A stretch of 60,732 nt of DNA, filler included, from a candidate division WOR-3 bacterium (lineage in GTDB: Bacteria > SDB-A), in the NCBI GenBank assembly GCA_016934535.1. It is 5 parts of 5 records of this genome, joined end to end, with 100 filler letters (N's around TTAATTAATTAA, not from the genome) between each part and the next. Parts side by side here need not be neighbours in the genome. Positions count along the whole stretch, not along the records: positions 25,822 to 42,610 come from JAFGSQ010000058.1; positions 42,711 to 50,080 come from JAFGSQ010000059.1; 3 more parts are not named here. One strand, given 5' to 3'. The notes below the pieces were generated by a model. It made no database searches. It saw nothing but the letters and a program-made list of their open reading frames with translations, and was not told the DNA's origin. Shown piece after piece: positions 36,003 to 45,969 of this stretch (within the stretch, counting starts at the first letter, position 1; each line of letters starts with the position of its first letter). The position numbers were made by a program, and so were the translations under genes.

Positions 36003-36780
36003 CAAAGCCGTTTCACTGAGTGATTTAACCGTTGTATTGGGCGGGAACAGGGTTCTCGAAGACATAGACATGGAGATTGAACAAAGAGAAATAATCGCGG
36101 TTGTCGGCCCGAACGGAGCAGGAAAGACGACTCTTCTCAGAGCGATAATGGGATGCATAAAACCGACAAACGGCCGAATCAATATTTTTGGTGAGACTCC
36201 GGCTAAGGCACGAAGTAAAAGTTTTTTTGGATATGTTCCGCAGTCGTCTCAGTACGAAAAAAAATTTCCTCTCAGCGCTTTCGATGTTGTCTCGCTTTCA
36301 AGGTATGCGAAAAAAAGATATTTTGAAAAACTTGACGGCGCCGACAGGGAAATTATCTCGGATTCGTTGAACACCGTCGGTATGGCTGACAATGCCGTGA
36401 AACGCTTCGGAGATCTCTCCGGAGGGCAGAGGCAAAGAGTGTTGATAGCCAGAGCCCTTGCGGTTGAACCTAAAATACTCGTCCTCGACGAACCTTCGAC
36501 AGGACTCGACACCGTGGCTCAGGACGCGTTTTATAAACTGCTCGCCGAACTCAGAGAAAAAAAGAACCTCACTGTAATACTCGTCAGTCACGACATAGGA
36601 GCGGTGTCGTACTACATAGACACTGTGGCGTGCCTGAACAGAAAGATGCATTTTCACGGAAAGCTCGAAGGATGTCTCCAGGACGAGAATATTAGAAAAT
36701 TATTCGGTGACAACGTAAAGATACTAGTCCACGACGAGAATTGCGCGACATGCAGGAGAAGAAATGCCGGGAATCCTTGA
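35995..36780 (+). CDS. metal ABC transporter ATP-binding protein (ZnuC-like)
   Basis: GPNGAGKTT, LSGGQRQR, LDEP, VSHD; TTG start after GGAGG. Confidence 0.9.
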   Translation: MSDKAVSLSDLTVVLGGNRVLEDIDMEIEQREIIAVVGPNGAGKTTLLRAIMGCIKPTNGRINIFGETPAKARSKSFFGYVPQSSQYEKKFPLSAFDVVSLSRYAKKRYFEKLDGADREIISDSLNTVGMADNAVKRFGDLSGGQRQRVLIARALAVEPKILVLDEPSTGLDTVAQDAFYKLLAELREKKNLTVILVSHDIGAVSYYIDTVACLNRKMHFHGKLEGCLQDENIRKLFGDNVKILVHDENCATCRRRNAGNP

Positions 36781-37576
36781 TTATTCTTTTTTCAGACTCG
36801 CCCTTCTGACGGCTGTTTTTGCAGGAGTGCTTTTCGGAGTCCTCTCTTTTTTCATTTACTCGAGGAAAATGGCTTTTCTCGGTGTGGGAATTTCACACGC
36901 GGCTTTCGGCGGAGTTGCCCTGGGAGTGTTTTTTGGCATGAATCCTTTTGTTTCGGCTCTGATTTTTTGCGTTCTGACGGCTATAATTATTGGAAAAGTT
37001 TCAAAGAGCGCAAACATATCGGTTAACACGAGCGTCGGAATATTTTTTTCGCTGTCTATGGCCTTGGGCGCATTTTTCATATCCATGAAAAAGGGATACT
37101 CCTTCGATCTTTCGGGATACCTTTTCGGCAACATACTCGCCGTGTCTGAAAAAGATTTATTGCTCGTGATTCTTGCTGACATAACCATAATCCCTTTTGT
37201 ATTGTTTTTTTTGAGGAAAATAATTTATCTTTCTTTTGACGAAGAATCCGCATACATAAGCGGTGTAAAAACGGCTTTTCTGGATTATTCGCTTCTCGTG
37301 ATTCTCGCGGTTGTCATCGTGCTGACAATAAAAATTATAGGGATAATTCTGGTTTCCGCCCTGGTGATACTTCCCGGAAGTTTTGCTGTTCTCGTATCGA
37401 GGAGTTACAAATCCGTAATAGCTGTTTCGGTTATATTTTCGGTGGCGACTATGACTTCCGGGCTTTTTTTGTCATACCTTGCAGACACCCCTCCGGGTGC
37501 GACAATAACGATTTTTGCATCTTTTGTATATTTCCTGGCTCTCGGCTCGGTAAGATTGATAAAAAAAACCGTATAA
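36764..37576 (+). CDS. metal ABC transporter permease (ZnuB-like)
   Basis: ISHAAFGG, YLFGNILAV, SFDEESA, PPGATI. Confidence 0.9.
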   Translation: MPGILDYSFFRLALLTAVFAGVLFGVLSFFIYSRKMAFLGVGISHAAFGGVALGVFFGMNPFVSALIFCVLTAIIIGKVSKSANISVNTSVGIFFSLSMALGAFFISMKKGYSFDLSGYLFGNILAVSEKDLLLVILADITIIPFVLFFLRKIIYLSFDEESAYISGVKTAFLDYSLLVILAVVIVLTIKIIGIILVSALVILPGSFAVLVSRSYKSVIAVSVIFSVATMTSGLFLSYLADTPPGATITIFASFVYFLALGSVRLIKKTV

Positions 37577-37616
37577 ATTAATCGTATTTTAACAAATAAA
37601 GAGGATAATTGATGCC

Positions 37617-38066
37617 ATGAAAGAATTCAAGAATATCGCGCTCGTCGCGCACGACAACAAGAAAAAAGATCTCGTCGAATGGGCCGTGTGGAACAGGGAT
37701 GCACTGAAAGGACAGGTCATCATCTGCACGGGAACCACAGGCAAGCTCATAGAAAAAGAGCTTGAAAATGAGATAAAGGATTACACGATAGTAAAACTCA
37801 AATCGGGTCCTCTTGGCGGAGATCAGCAATTGGGCGCGATGATTGCCGAAGGGGGAGTGGATGTCGTCATATTTTTTTGGGACCCCATGCAGCCGCATCC
37901 GCACGATGTAGACGTCAAAGCTCTGCTCAGAATAGCTGTTTTGTATAATGTTCCGACAGCCTGCAACAGATCGACGGCGGATTTTTTGATTTCGTCGCCT
38001 CTTTTTAAAGGCGACTACACTCCGAAAGAGACGGATTTTGTCGATTACACGGAAAGAGATGTTTAG
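37617..38066 (+). CDS. mgsA: methylglyoxal synthase
   Basis: [43 protein letters not shown]. Confidence 0.96.
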   Translation: MKEFKNIALVAHDNKKKDLVEWAVWNRDALKGQVIICTGTTGKLIEKELENEIKDYTIVKLKSGPLGGDQQLGAMIAEGGVDVVIFFWDPMQPHPHDVDVKALLRIAVLYNVPTACNRSTADFLISSPLFKGDYTPKETDFVDYTERDV

Positions 38067-40760
38067 TTAAGATTTTATCCTGTCAATCGAAACATTCTTG
38101 TCCAGAACCTCTCTTATCATCGCGGCGAGTTCACTTACCGGCACGGGTTTTGTCATAACTTTTGCGTTTGGAATGTGTTTTATCGTTTCCTGGATATCGG
38201 CGTTTAAAAAGCCGGAGCAGAAAATGACAGGAACATCAGGATGGAGTTCTCTCATCTTTTGCACCATCTCAGGGCCGGAAATTCCGGGCATTGTGTAGTC
38301 GGCGATGACGAGGTCGAAAGAGCTGGGGTTTTCTGAAAAAATTGACAGGGCTTCCTTTGCGTCGCTGACGGCTCTTATATTGTATCCGAGTCTTCGAAGT
38401 ATTACTTCCATTGTTTCAACGAACAAAGCTTCATCGTCTACGTAAAGAATGCTCTCTTCACCCGTCTTGACGGTAGTGGTTGCGGAGGATTCTTTTTCGG
38501 GCTTTTTCTCCAGGACGGGAAAAGAAATCTCGAAAACAGTCCCTTTTCCGATTTCGCTGTTGACTGTTATTTCTCCGTTTGATTTTTTGACCAGGCCGTG
38601 GACGATGGCAAGTCCTATGCCCGATCCTTCGCCGTCTTTTTTTGTCGTATAATAGGGCTCGAAAATGCGATCCAAAGAAGATTGTTCAATTCCTTCGCCC
38701 GTGTCGAGAAAGGTAAGTATTATTCTGTTGTCTTTCTTCTTGAGTCTGAGTTCAATTATTCCTCCGTTGTCTCTCATGGCGTACCGGGCGTTTGTAAATA
38801 AATTCAGAAGTATCTGATGTATCTGCGAAGGATCACCGAGGACAAGATCTTCCAGAGGATCTGTATCTATTTTGACGTCTATTGAGCCAGGTACAGATTT
38901 TTTTAGCAATTCAGCCGATTCTTTTACAAATTTTGAGATCATTATAGGTTTCAGCTCTTTTTCCTTGTCTTTGCTGAAAGTGAGAATTTCGCGGACAAAA
39001 TCTTTTGCCTTCGCAATGGCGGCTGAAATGTTTTCAATTTGGGGTACGGCGGGAGAACCAACCGGAATGTCCGATTTGGCCAGCTCGGCGAAAGTCGAAA
39101 TTGAGCCGAGTATGTTGTTGAAGTCGTGCGCTATTCCGCTGGCCATGGTCCCTATGGCGTGCATTTTCTGGTTTTGTCTGAGTTGGAATTCCACCTTTTT
39201 TCTTTCTGTAATGTCAATGAAAGAAGACTGAAGATACAGCGGTTTTCCCTGGCTGTCCTTTATGAGACCGGGATTGATGAGCGCTGAAAACTTCGTGCCG
39301 TCTTTTCTCGTCGCTATTACTTCGGCCGGTATTGCTGTTTTGGATAAAGTGAGAAGTGAAATAATTTTTTCAGGAGTGACGTCAGAGCCGGGAGGTTTGA
39401 AAATCGACAGGTTTTTGCCAAGAAGCTCTTCGTTTGAATATCCAAGCATGTTTAGAAGGCTGTTGTTGACGTAGATTATTTTACCGGTGCTGTCTGATAT
39501 CGCCGCACCGTATGCCGCCTCATCCGTCAGGGTCTTGAATTTCAGTATTTCTTCTTCAGATTTGATTCTTCTTTGGATTTCTTTTTTGAGCTCTTCGGTC
39601 CTCTGTTCGACGATGGATTCGAGGTTTTCGTTAGCTTCTATTTTCAGTCTGTATATTTCGTTCTGTTTCTCGATTTTTTCTTTTTCGTATTTCGACTGCA
39701 GTTCCAGAATCTTGATGTTGCTCTCTTCGGAAAACAATTTGTCCTTCAGTTCGTAATACATTTTGTTGTATTTCAGTGCGTTGAAATAATCGCCCGCGGC
39801 TTCATAAACCCTTGAAAATTCCTGGTACACAGTAAGAAGAATGGTCCTTAGATTGCCTTCACTCGCGATTTTCATGCTTTTTTCGAGATTTGCTGTGGCT
39901 CCGCGGAATTCGTTCATTGCTATATGCAGTCTGGCGATGTCTACGTGCGCCGAGGCGAGGCCGGATATGTTGTTGGATTCCTTCCTTATTTTAAGAGCTT
40001 CTCTCAGTATTTCTTTGGCGGATTCAAGATGGCGTCTGTCGTTGTTTTCTGAATAAAGTTCCAGATGTATGTTTCCTATGTTTGAAAGAGTGGTGGATAT
40101 GCTCAGTTTGTCGCCGAAAGTCTGTTTAATCGCCAGGGCTCTGTTATTTAATTCCAGTGATTTTTCATATTCTTTCATCTTGAAGTAGAGGTTTCCGAGG
40201 TTGTTCAGGGTGTGAGCCAGTTCTTCCGAAGGGCCGTTTTTTTCACGGATTGCCAGCAGTTTGAGATGATATTCCTCTGCTTTCTCAAATTTTTCCCAGG
40301 CGAGGTATAAATTGGCGAGATTGTTGAGAACATTGCCCTTGAGTTCTTCGTCGGAAAAGGATTCCGCGACAGAAAGCGCCTTAAAATAGTAATCTGCCGA
40401 TGATGCGTAGTCGCCTGTAATTTTATAAATAAGTGCTATTTTATTGCAAAGGGAAGCCGTTTTTTCATTGTTTTCTATTTCACGGGATTTATCGAGAGCT
40501 TGTATAAGCAGAGGAAGGGCGTCTTCCGGTTTTCCAAGAAATTTGTAGCAGGACGCCAGATTCATCAAGGCCTTGATGTAACCCAGAGAGTAGTCGATTG
40601 TTTTTGACAGGCGCAAGGCTTCGTTCGCCAGAATGAGAGATTTGTCAGGTCTTTTGTTGACTATTCTCGACGAAATCTCGTTCAAAGCGTCAATTTTTTC
40701 GACGCCCGACAAATCGCCCGTCTCTTTGTTCAGGCTCTCAGCTTCAAATGAAGATTCCAT
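38067..40760 (-). CDS. hybrid sensor histidine kinase with N-terminal TPR array (TPR-PAS-HisKA-HATPase-REC)
   Basis: Repeated 'LNNLGNLY'-type TPRs, PAS, GIAHDFNN, NLFTNA, DTGEGI, receiver VDDE...DYTMP...KP. Confidence 0.9.
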   Translation of the reverse strand: MESSFEAESLNKETGDLSGVEKIDALNEISSRIVNKRPDKSLILANEALRLSKTIDYSLGYIKALMNLASCYKFLGKPEDALPLLIQALDKSREIENNEKTASLCNKIALIYKITGDYASSADYYFKALSVAESFSDEELKGNVLNNLANLYLAWEKFEKAEEYHLKLLAIREKNGPSEELAHTLNNLGNLYFKMKEYEKSLELNNRALAIKQTFGDKLSISTTLSNIGNIHLELYSENNDRRHLESAKEILREALKIRKESNNISGLASAHVDIARLHIAMNEFRGATANLEKSMKIASEGNLRTILLTVYQEFSRVYEAAGDYFNALKYNKMYYELKDKLFSEESNIKILELQSKYEKEKIEKQNEIYRLKIEANENLESIVEQRTEELKKEIQRRIKSEEEILKFKTLTDEAAYGAAISDSTGKIIYVNNSLLNMLGYSNEELLGKNLSIFKPPGSDVTPEKIISLLTLSKTAIPAEVIATRKDGTKFSALINPGLIKDSQGKPLYLQSSFIDITERKKVEFQLRQNQKMHAIGTMASGIAHDFNNILGSISTFAELAKSDIPVGSPAVPQIENISAAIAKAKDFVREILTFSKDKEKELKPIMISKFVKESAELLKKSVPGSIDVKIDTDPLEDLVLGDPSQIHQILLNLFTNARYAMRDNGGIIELRLKKKDNRIILTFLDTGEGIEQSSLDRIFEPYYTTKKDGEGSGIGLAIVHGLVKKSNGEITVNSEIGKGTVFEISFPVLEKKPEKESSATTTVKTGEESILYVDDEALFVETMEVILRRLGYNIRAVSDAKEALSIFSENPSSFDLVIADYTMPGISGPEMVQKMRELHPDVPVIFCSGFLNADIQETIKHIPNAKVMTKPVPVSELAAMIREVLDKNVSIDRIKS

Positions 40761-40832
40761 AATATTTCCGACGTCAACACAATTTTAAACCTTTTATCTT
40801 TCAATTAAAAGGTTTATCTCATGTTATCGAAT

Positions 40833-41582
40833 TTATTCCAGACAAAGAACTTTTAAAAGCAACTTCATGGCCGAGGTGGCTTTATTTTCAATGAAGACAT
40901 CGGATATGGAACCTGTAAAGCTTGAAGGCTCGGTGTTGATCTCTATTATTCGCGCCCCCCTGCTTTTGGCCGCGAATGGGAATGAGCACGCCGGCATCAC
41001 TTCTCCCGAAGTTCCTATAACAAGAACAACATCTGATTCACCGGCTTCATAAAAGCTTTGTTTCATCGCTTTTACAGGTATGGGTTCGCCGAAAAACACG
41101 AAATCGGGTTTAAGCAAACCTCCGCATTTCATGCAAAGAGGAGGCAAAACTTTCAGATCGTCTTCTTGAAACTCAAACCTGCTCGAACATGACAGGCAAA
41201 CGAGAAATTTTGAATTCCCGTGGAATTCATAAACATTTTGCGATCCTGATTCCTGATGTAGGAAATCTATGTTCTGGGTGATTATTGTCTCGACGAGACC
41301 TTTTTTCTGGAGAAGCGTCACCCCGTCGTGGGCGAAGTTCGGTTTCTTGCCGCGGATTTTATCGTATAATATTTCTACTATCATTTTCCACGATTCTTCG
41401 GGATTGTTTTTAAAAAATTCGATGTCTATGAAATACGGATCGTACGTCTCCCAGAGCCCGCCCTTTCCCCTGAACGGAGGAATGCCGCTTTCGACAGAAA
41501 TGCCGGCCCCGGTAAAGACTGTCGTCCTCTTTGAATAGGACAGTATATGAGCGGCTTTTTCGACGTTTTCGTTAAAACTCAC
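40833..41582 (-). CDS. NAD-dependent protein deacylase (Sir2/CobB family)
   Basis: TGAGISVESGIPPFRG, TQNID, HG, two CxxC pairs, KPDFVFFGE, IGTS. Confidence 0.93.
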   Translation of the reverse strand: MSFNENVEKAAHILSYSKRTTVFTGAGISVESGIPPFRGKGGLWETYDPYFIDIEFFKNNPEESWKMIVEILYDKIRGKKPNFAHDGVTLLQKKGLVETIITQNIDFLHQESGSQNVYEFHGNSKFLVCLSCSSRFEFQEDDLKVLPPLCMKCGGLLKPDFVFFGEPIPVKAMKQSFYEAGESDVVLVIGTSGEVMPACSFPFAAKSRGARIIEINTEPSSFTGSISDVFIENKATSAMKLLLKVLCLE

Positions 41583-41685
41583 GCTGAATTATAACTTTCA
41601 TTCGGCGTAAAATGATAGTCGGAAAATGTGTTTATGCTTTTTCCCAATATGTTTATAATGTGATCACAAAATGATTTGAGGAACG

Positions 41686-42480
41686 ATGATTTTTAGACAA
41701 GTGATTTTAGGCTCTTTGAGAGAAGCTCTTGAGAATACAAAGTGGACAGCCTTATCCGGCGGGTGTTCAAAAAAGCGTGACCTGAAAAATCTCGATTTTT
41801 TGGTTTTTTCAAACAAAACGCCTCTTGAAAGAAAATTTGACATTCCTGACAAGAGACTCCTTCTCAACAAGAGAATAAACTTGTCCGTCGCCCTGCCTTT
41901 TCTCGACGGAGCCATGATTTTTCCAGGCGAAAAATTCTCTTTCTGGAGATTTTTGAAGAAGCCTTCAAAGGAAAAAGGCTACGTCGACGGCATGACTTTG
42001 TCGGGAGGCAGGATAATCAGCCAGACAGCCGGCGGACTCTGCCAGCTTTCGAACATGATTTTCTGGATGGCGCTTCACTCTCCCCTGCAAATCGCGATGA
42101 GGTGGAGGCACGGATACGATGTTTTTCCCGACGCAAACAGAAAAATACCTTTCGGGTGCGGCGCGACGGTCGCCTATCCGAAAATAGACCTCGTACTTTT
42201 CAATCCGACAAAAGATAAATTTCAGTTGAGATTCAAACAGGGAAGAAAATATCTGACTGGAGAAATCAGGTCGGACAAAGAACCTAACCGGACATACGAG
42301 ATTGTCGAAAAAAATCCGGCTTTCAGAAGTGACGGAACCGGGTGTTTCACGAGATCGAACGAGATATTCAGGAAGGTTTACGAAAAAAAGACGGGGAAAT
42401 TGATAGGCGAGGAGTTTTTATTCTCCAACTCCGCCCTGACCATGTACTCCCCTCTGATCGAGACTGACAGAGGGGAGTAA
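41686..42480 (+). CDS. VanW family protein
   Basis: IFPGEKFSFW, GGLCQLSN, RWRHGYD, GATV. Confidence 0.8.
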   Translation: MIFRQVILGSLREALENTKWTALSGGCSKKRDLKNLDFLVFSNKTPLERKFDIPDKRLLLNKRINLSVALPFLDGAMIFPGEKFSFWRFLKKPSKEKGYVDGMTLSGGRIISQTAGGLCQLSNMIFWMALHSPLQIAMRWRHGYDVFPDANRKIPFGCGATVAYPKIDLVLFNPTKDKFQLRFKQGRKYLTGEIRSDKEPNRTYEIVEKNPAFRSDGTGCFTRSNEIFRKVYEKKTGKLIGEEFLFSNSALTMYSPLIETDRGE

Positions 42481-42483
42481 GAA

Positions 42484-42610
42484 AATTTCCACCACGAAGG
42501 AAAAAATGCATGCATTTTTTCTTCACGAAGGATGAATTGCATACAATTCATCTACACGAAGTTAAGAGTTAGAACTATAACCACGAATTCACACGAATGA
42601 ACGCGAATCG
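42484..42610. repeat. CACGAA(G) direct-repeat array with palindromic spacers, runs into contig end
   Basis: CACGAAG at 42493, 42524, 42555 (31-bp period), then CACGAA at 42582, 42592 and CGCGAA at 42602 (10-bp period). Confidence 0.7.
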
Positions 42611-42710
42611 NNNNNNNNNNNNNNNNNNNNNNNNNNNNNNNNNNNNNNNNNNNNTTAATTAATTAANNNNNNNNNNNNNNNNNNNNNNNNNNNNNNNNNN
42701 NNNNNNNNNN
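42611..42710. other. Artificial contig-join spacer
   Basis: N44-TTAATTAATTAA-N44. Confidence 0.97.
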
Positions 42711-42837
42711 GCAAATACGTAAACATTGACCTGGATTGTGTTTTCTGTTAGAAATACTAGTCTTGATATATGAATAAAATTTCTTATCATATTTTAAAAT
42801 CGTATTCAATTTCTAAAACAAAGATAAAGGAGATTAG

Positions 42838-45800
42838 ATGAAATTGACTCTCTTTTCAACTTGCTTCCTGATTACAATGGGTATGAATGCTAACATTGAA
42901 TTTAATCAGATGCAAGATTTATTTTACGGAAACTCAGGCAGGTTCATCGACAAAGAGCTTGAATTGTATAGAGACAATCCTCTTGCTTCTTTTCATTTCA
43001 ACGCACCCGCGCATAAAGTTTTCAAGATGGGAGAAAATTTGTCGGGCGCCGACACGGTCAGGGTCCTTGTCCTGAGAGTTGATTTTGTCGAAGACAATTC
43101 TCCGTTGACTACCGGGAACGGAAAATTCAACTATCAGGGAAACGGAGAAGAGGAATACAACTCAGACAGCACCCACAACCTCAACTATGATCCGCCGCAT
43201 GACTCTTCATACTTCGATCACCAGATGGAAGCATTGAGAAATTACTATTTGAGCGACACAAAAAACGGTCTTTATGTTCAATACGATATTTTTCCAGTTG
43301 GAGATTCCGCATCATACACTGTTCCGCACCAGATGTTATACTACGGAGACCCGCAGAATATTGTCTATGGGCTTTTCTATCTTTTGAGGGACGCTGTTTA
43401 CGAAGCAGATAGAGACACAGTTGCAAATATTGATTTTTCAGATTATGACGCGATTGTTATGTTTCATGCTGGTTCTATGTGGCAGACAGACTACGGAGAC
43501 AGCCCATACGATTTGCCTGCGGTTTGGATTGGTGGTGCGGACGCCCTTTTCGGAGAGCCTATATACGCCAACAACAGAACCGACTCAATTTTTGAATCTG
43601 TTATGTATTGCGAGACGGGCTTTCAAGACGGAGGAGTAGCCTATCTTCAAGGCGGGTTGGCACATGAATTCGGCCATCAACTGGGAACATACGATCTTTA
43701 CGACGTATCCGGCAAGACTATGGGTTGCAACGGATGGTCACTCATGGGAACCGGCAACTGGAACCTCGACGGCCTTGTTCCTCCCCACCACGATGTCTGG
43801 AACGTCGGCTACATGAACTATCCGTATTGGGCTGTACCTAGAAGCATATCGAGAGACACAACCGTCGAATTGAGATGGAGGGGGTCTCTTGATTCTACGG
43901 CGGTATATTTCGTCAAAGTTCCAATAAACAACAGAGAACACTTTTTAATTTCATACAGGTATTCCGCTACTCCAGGAGACACATCACATGTTAATCCCGA
44001 TTCAAATGCGACGAGGGTCTGGAGGGACGGGGTAATGGTGAAATTTTTCGATTATGACTATAGTTTGCCTCAGAGCGACAGTTCGGGGGGGCTTGCTATT
44101 TGGCATATAGATAAATTTAAAATTGACACGACTATAGAATATAATAGCGTAAACGCGGGTTTTCCGAGAGGAGTAGACCTTGAGGAAGCCGACGGCATAC
44201 AGGATTGCGAGCTGAGTTATAATCAAATAGTCGATTGGAATTCTACTTTTTACGGAAACGAGTACGATCTTTTCAAACCAGGAGGTTTGACTAGGTTCGA
44301 CGCTTATACAAACCCCAATTCCAACGACAATTTCGGTTCTGTAACGCATATAAGGATCGACAGCTTGGTCATGATCGGAGACACTGTAGCGAGATTCAAC
44401 GTTAGATTCGACTGGCTGCTCGACAATTTCCCCTTTTTTATAACAGGAACATTTGACGTGAATTCTCCTGTGGTCTGTGATTTTGACTATGACGGTGAAT
44501 TGGAGCTTGCTACGCTGTCTGAAGACGGGACAGTTTACGCTTTTGAAAGAGATGGAACCGGCTACATGAGAACCACTACAAGCACCACGACCATTTTCTT
44601 CAGGACAAACTCCGAATCTTATTCATCCATTGCAATCGCAGAAGCAGACGGAGACACAACTAACGGCATGGAAGTTGTATGCGGAAACGAAAACGGGTAC
44701 ATCTATGCCTGGCACACCCTTCCTAACATGTTCCCACCTCAAGAAGTGACGGGTTTTCCCGTCAGGGTGAACGCGAGGGTAGCATGCAGCCCAGCCCTTT
44801 TGGATATTGACAAAAACGGCAAGAAAGAGATTTTGATAGGAGCCAACGACAATAAACTTTACGCTTTTATGTTCCAAGACGCGAATAAAGACGGCAGAGC
44901 CGATTCCGTAACCGGTTTTCCTATGGAGATGGGCAACTGGGTTTGGTCCACTCCGGCCATGGGAGACTCTTTTCTTTACGCTCTCGGTGGAGACGGAGTT
45001 CTTCACGCTTTCTCGGAAAACAATTCAGGTATATGGGAAGAAAACTGGAATGTGTTCGAACCTTCACTTGTTTTGACGACAGCTTCTCTCGCTTTGGGAG
45101 ATTTAGACAGAGACGGAGAAGAAGAAATAGTGGTTCTCCACGGAAACGGCGATCTTCATCTTGTGTCCTGGGACGGTCATACTATTTGGTCGAAATCAAT
45201 CGAGGGGAAATCATACGTCACATCTCCTTCCCTGGCTGATATTGACGGAGACGGGTTTTTGGACATAATTGTATCCTTCGGGAGTGATTTGACCGTTTTC
45301 AATTCCAACGGCTCTCTTTTTGAAGGTTTTCCGGTGAGCCTTGGCGACACCTTCAACGTTCAGTCTTCACCTGTAATCGCGGACTTGAATGGAGATTCAA
45401 GCCCTGACATTGTAATTGGAACTATTACAGGTTGGATCTGCGGGTTCGACAACAAAGGAAATGTTCTTGGAGGCTTTCCTCTCAGTTGCGGAGATTCAAT
45501 ATACAGCACCCCGACAGCTGTTGACATTGATCACGACGGGTATATTGATTTAATTGCTAATGTTGACAACGGGAAAATAGTAGGGTGGAGCCTGGGAAGA
45601 GACACAGGCAACAATCCCTGGCCGATGTTCAGAAGGTCCCCGTCTCATGATTTGAGACAGCTTTCTCCGTGGATTGAACCCAGGGATTACCTCGATTTTT
45701 CAGAGTTGTATGTTTGGCCAAATCCTGTCGAGGGTTCAGTCGCCTATTTGAGATACACACTTTCATCTGAAGTTGACCATGTGGAAGTTACTGTTTTCGA

Positions 45801-45969
45801 CATTGCCGGGGACAAAAAACTTTCTTTTGTTGCGGGAACATTTTACGGGGTCAACGAAACGAGTTTTGACGTGGGGCAGCTCGCGCCAGGCGTTTATCTT
45901 TTAAGGGTCGAATTGAAACATGGACAAAACTCAAATGTCAGATTTGTTAAAATGGCGGTGATAAAATGA
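42838..45969 (+). CDS. secreted M6-like zinc metalloprotease with FG-GAP/VCBS repeats and T9SS-type-A-like C-terminal domain
   Basis: LAHEFGHQLGTYDLYD, WSLMGTG, repeated DxDxDGxxD/E motifs, WPNP...PGVYLLRV...VKMAVIK. Confidence 0.8.
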   Translation: MKLTLFSTCFLITMGMNANIEFNQMQDLFYGNSGRFIDKELELYRDNPLASFHFNAPAHKVFKMGENLSGADTVRVLVLRVDFVEDNSPLTTGNGKFNYQGNGEEEYNSDSTHNLNYDPPHDSSYFDHQMEALRNYYLSDTKNGLYVQYDIFPVGDSASYTVPHQMLYYGDPQNIVYGLFYLLRDAVYEADRDTVANIDFSDYDAIVMFHAGSMWQTDYGDSPYDLPAVWIGGADALFGEPIYANNRTDSIFESVMYCETGFQDGGVAYLQGGLAHEFGHQLGTYDLYDVSGKTMGCNGWSLMGTGNWNLDGLVPPHHDVWNVGYMNYPYWAVPRSISRDTTVELRWRGSLDSTAVYFVKVPINNREHFLISYRYSATPGDTSHVNPDSNATRVWRDGVMVKFFDYDYSLPQSDSSGGLAIWHIDKFKIDTTIEYNSVNAGFPRGVDLEEADGIQDCELSYNQIVDWNSTFYGNEYDLFKPGGLTRFDAYTNPNSNDNFGSVTHIRIDSLVMIGDTVARFNVRFDWLLDNFPFFITGTFDVNSPVVCDFDYDGELELATLSEDGTVYAFERDGTGYMRTTTSTTTIFFRTNSESYSSIAIAEADGDTTNGMEVVCGNENGYIYAWHTLPNMFPPQEVTGFPVRVNARVACSPALLDIDKNGKKEILIGANDNKLYAFMFQDANKDGRADSVTGFPMEMGNWVWSTPAMGDSFLYALGGDGVLHAFSENNSGIWEENWNVFEPSLVLTTASLALGDLDRDGEEEIVVLHGNGDLHLVSWDGHTIWSKSIEGKSYVTSPSLADIDGDGFLDIIVSFGSDLTVFNSNGSLFEGFPVSLGDTFNVQSSPVIADLNGDSSPDIVIGTITGWICGFDNKGNVLGGFPLSCGDSIYSTPTAVDIDHDGYIDLIANVDNGKIVGWSLGRDTGNNPWPMFRRSPSHDLRQLSPWIEPRDYLDFSELYVWPNPVEGSVAYLRYTLSSEVDHVEVTVFDIAGDKKLSFVAGTFYGVNETSFDVGQLAPGVYLLRVELKHGQNSNVRFVKMAVIK

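Noticed and set aside
41686-42480. Vancomycin resistance locus
   Set aside because: Lone VanW-family gene with no vanHAX or vanRS; the family is widespread without resistance.
42484-42610. CRISPR array interpretation of the periodic repeats
   Set aside because: The repeat is only 7 bp, the spacers are the palindromic part, and there are no cas genes in the window.
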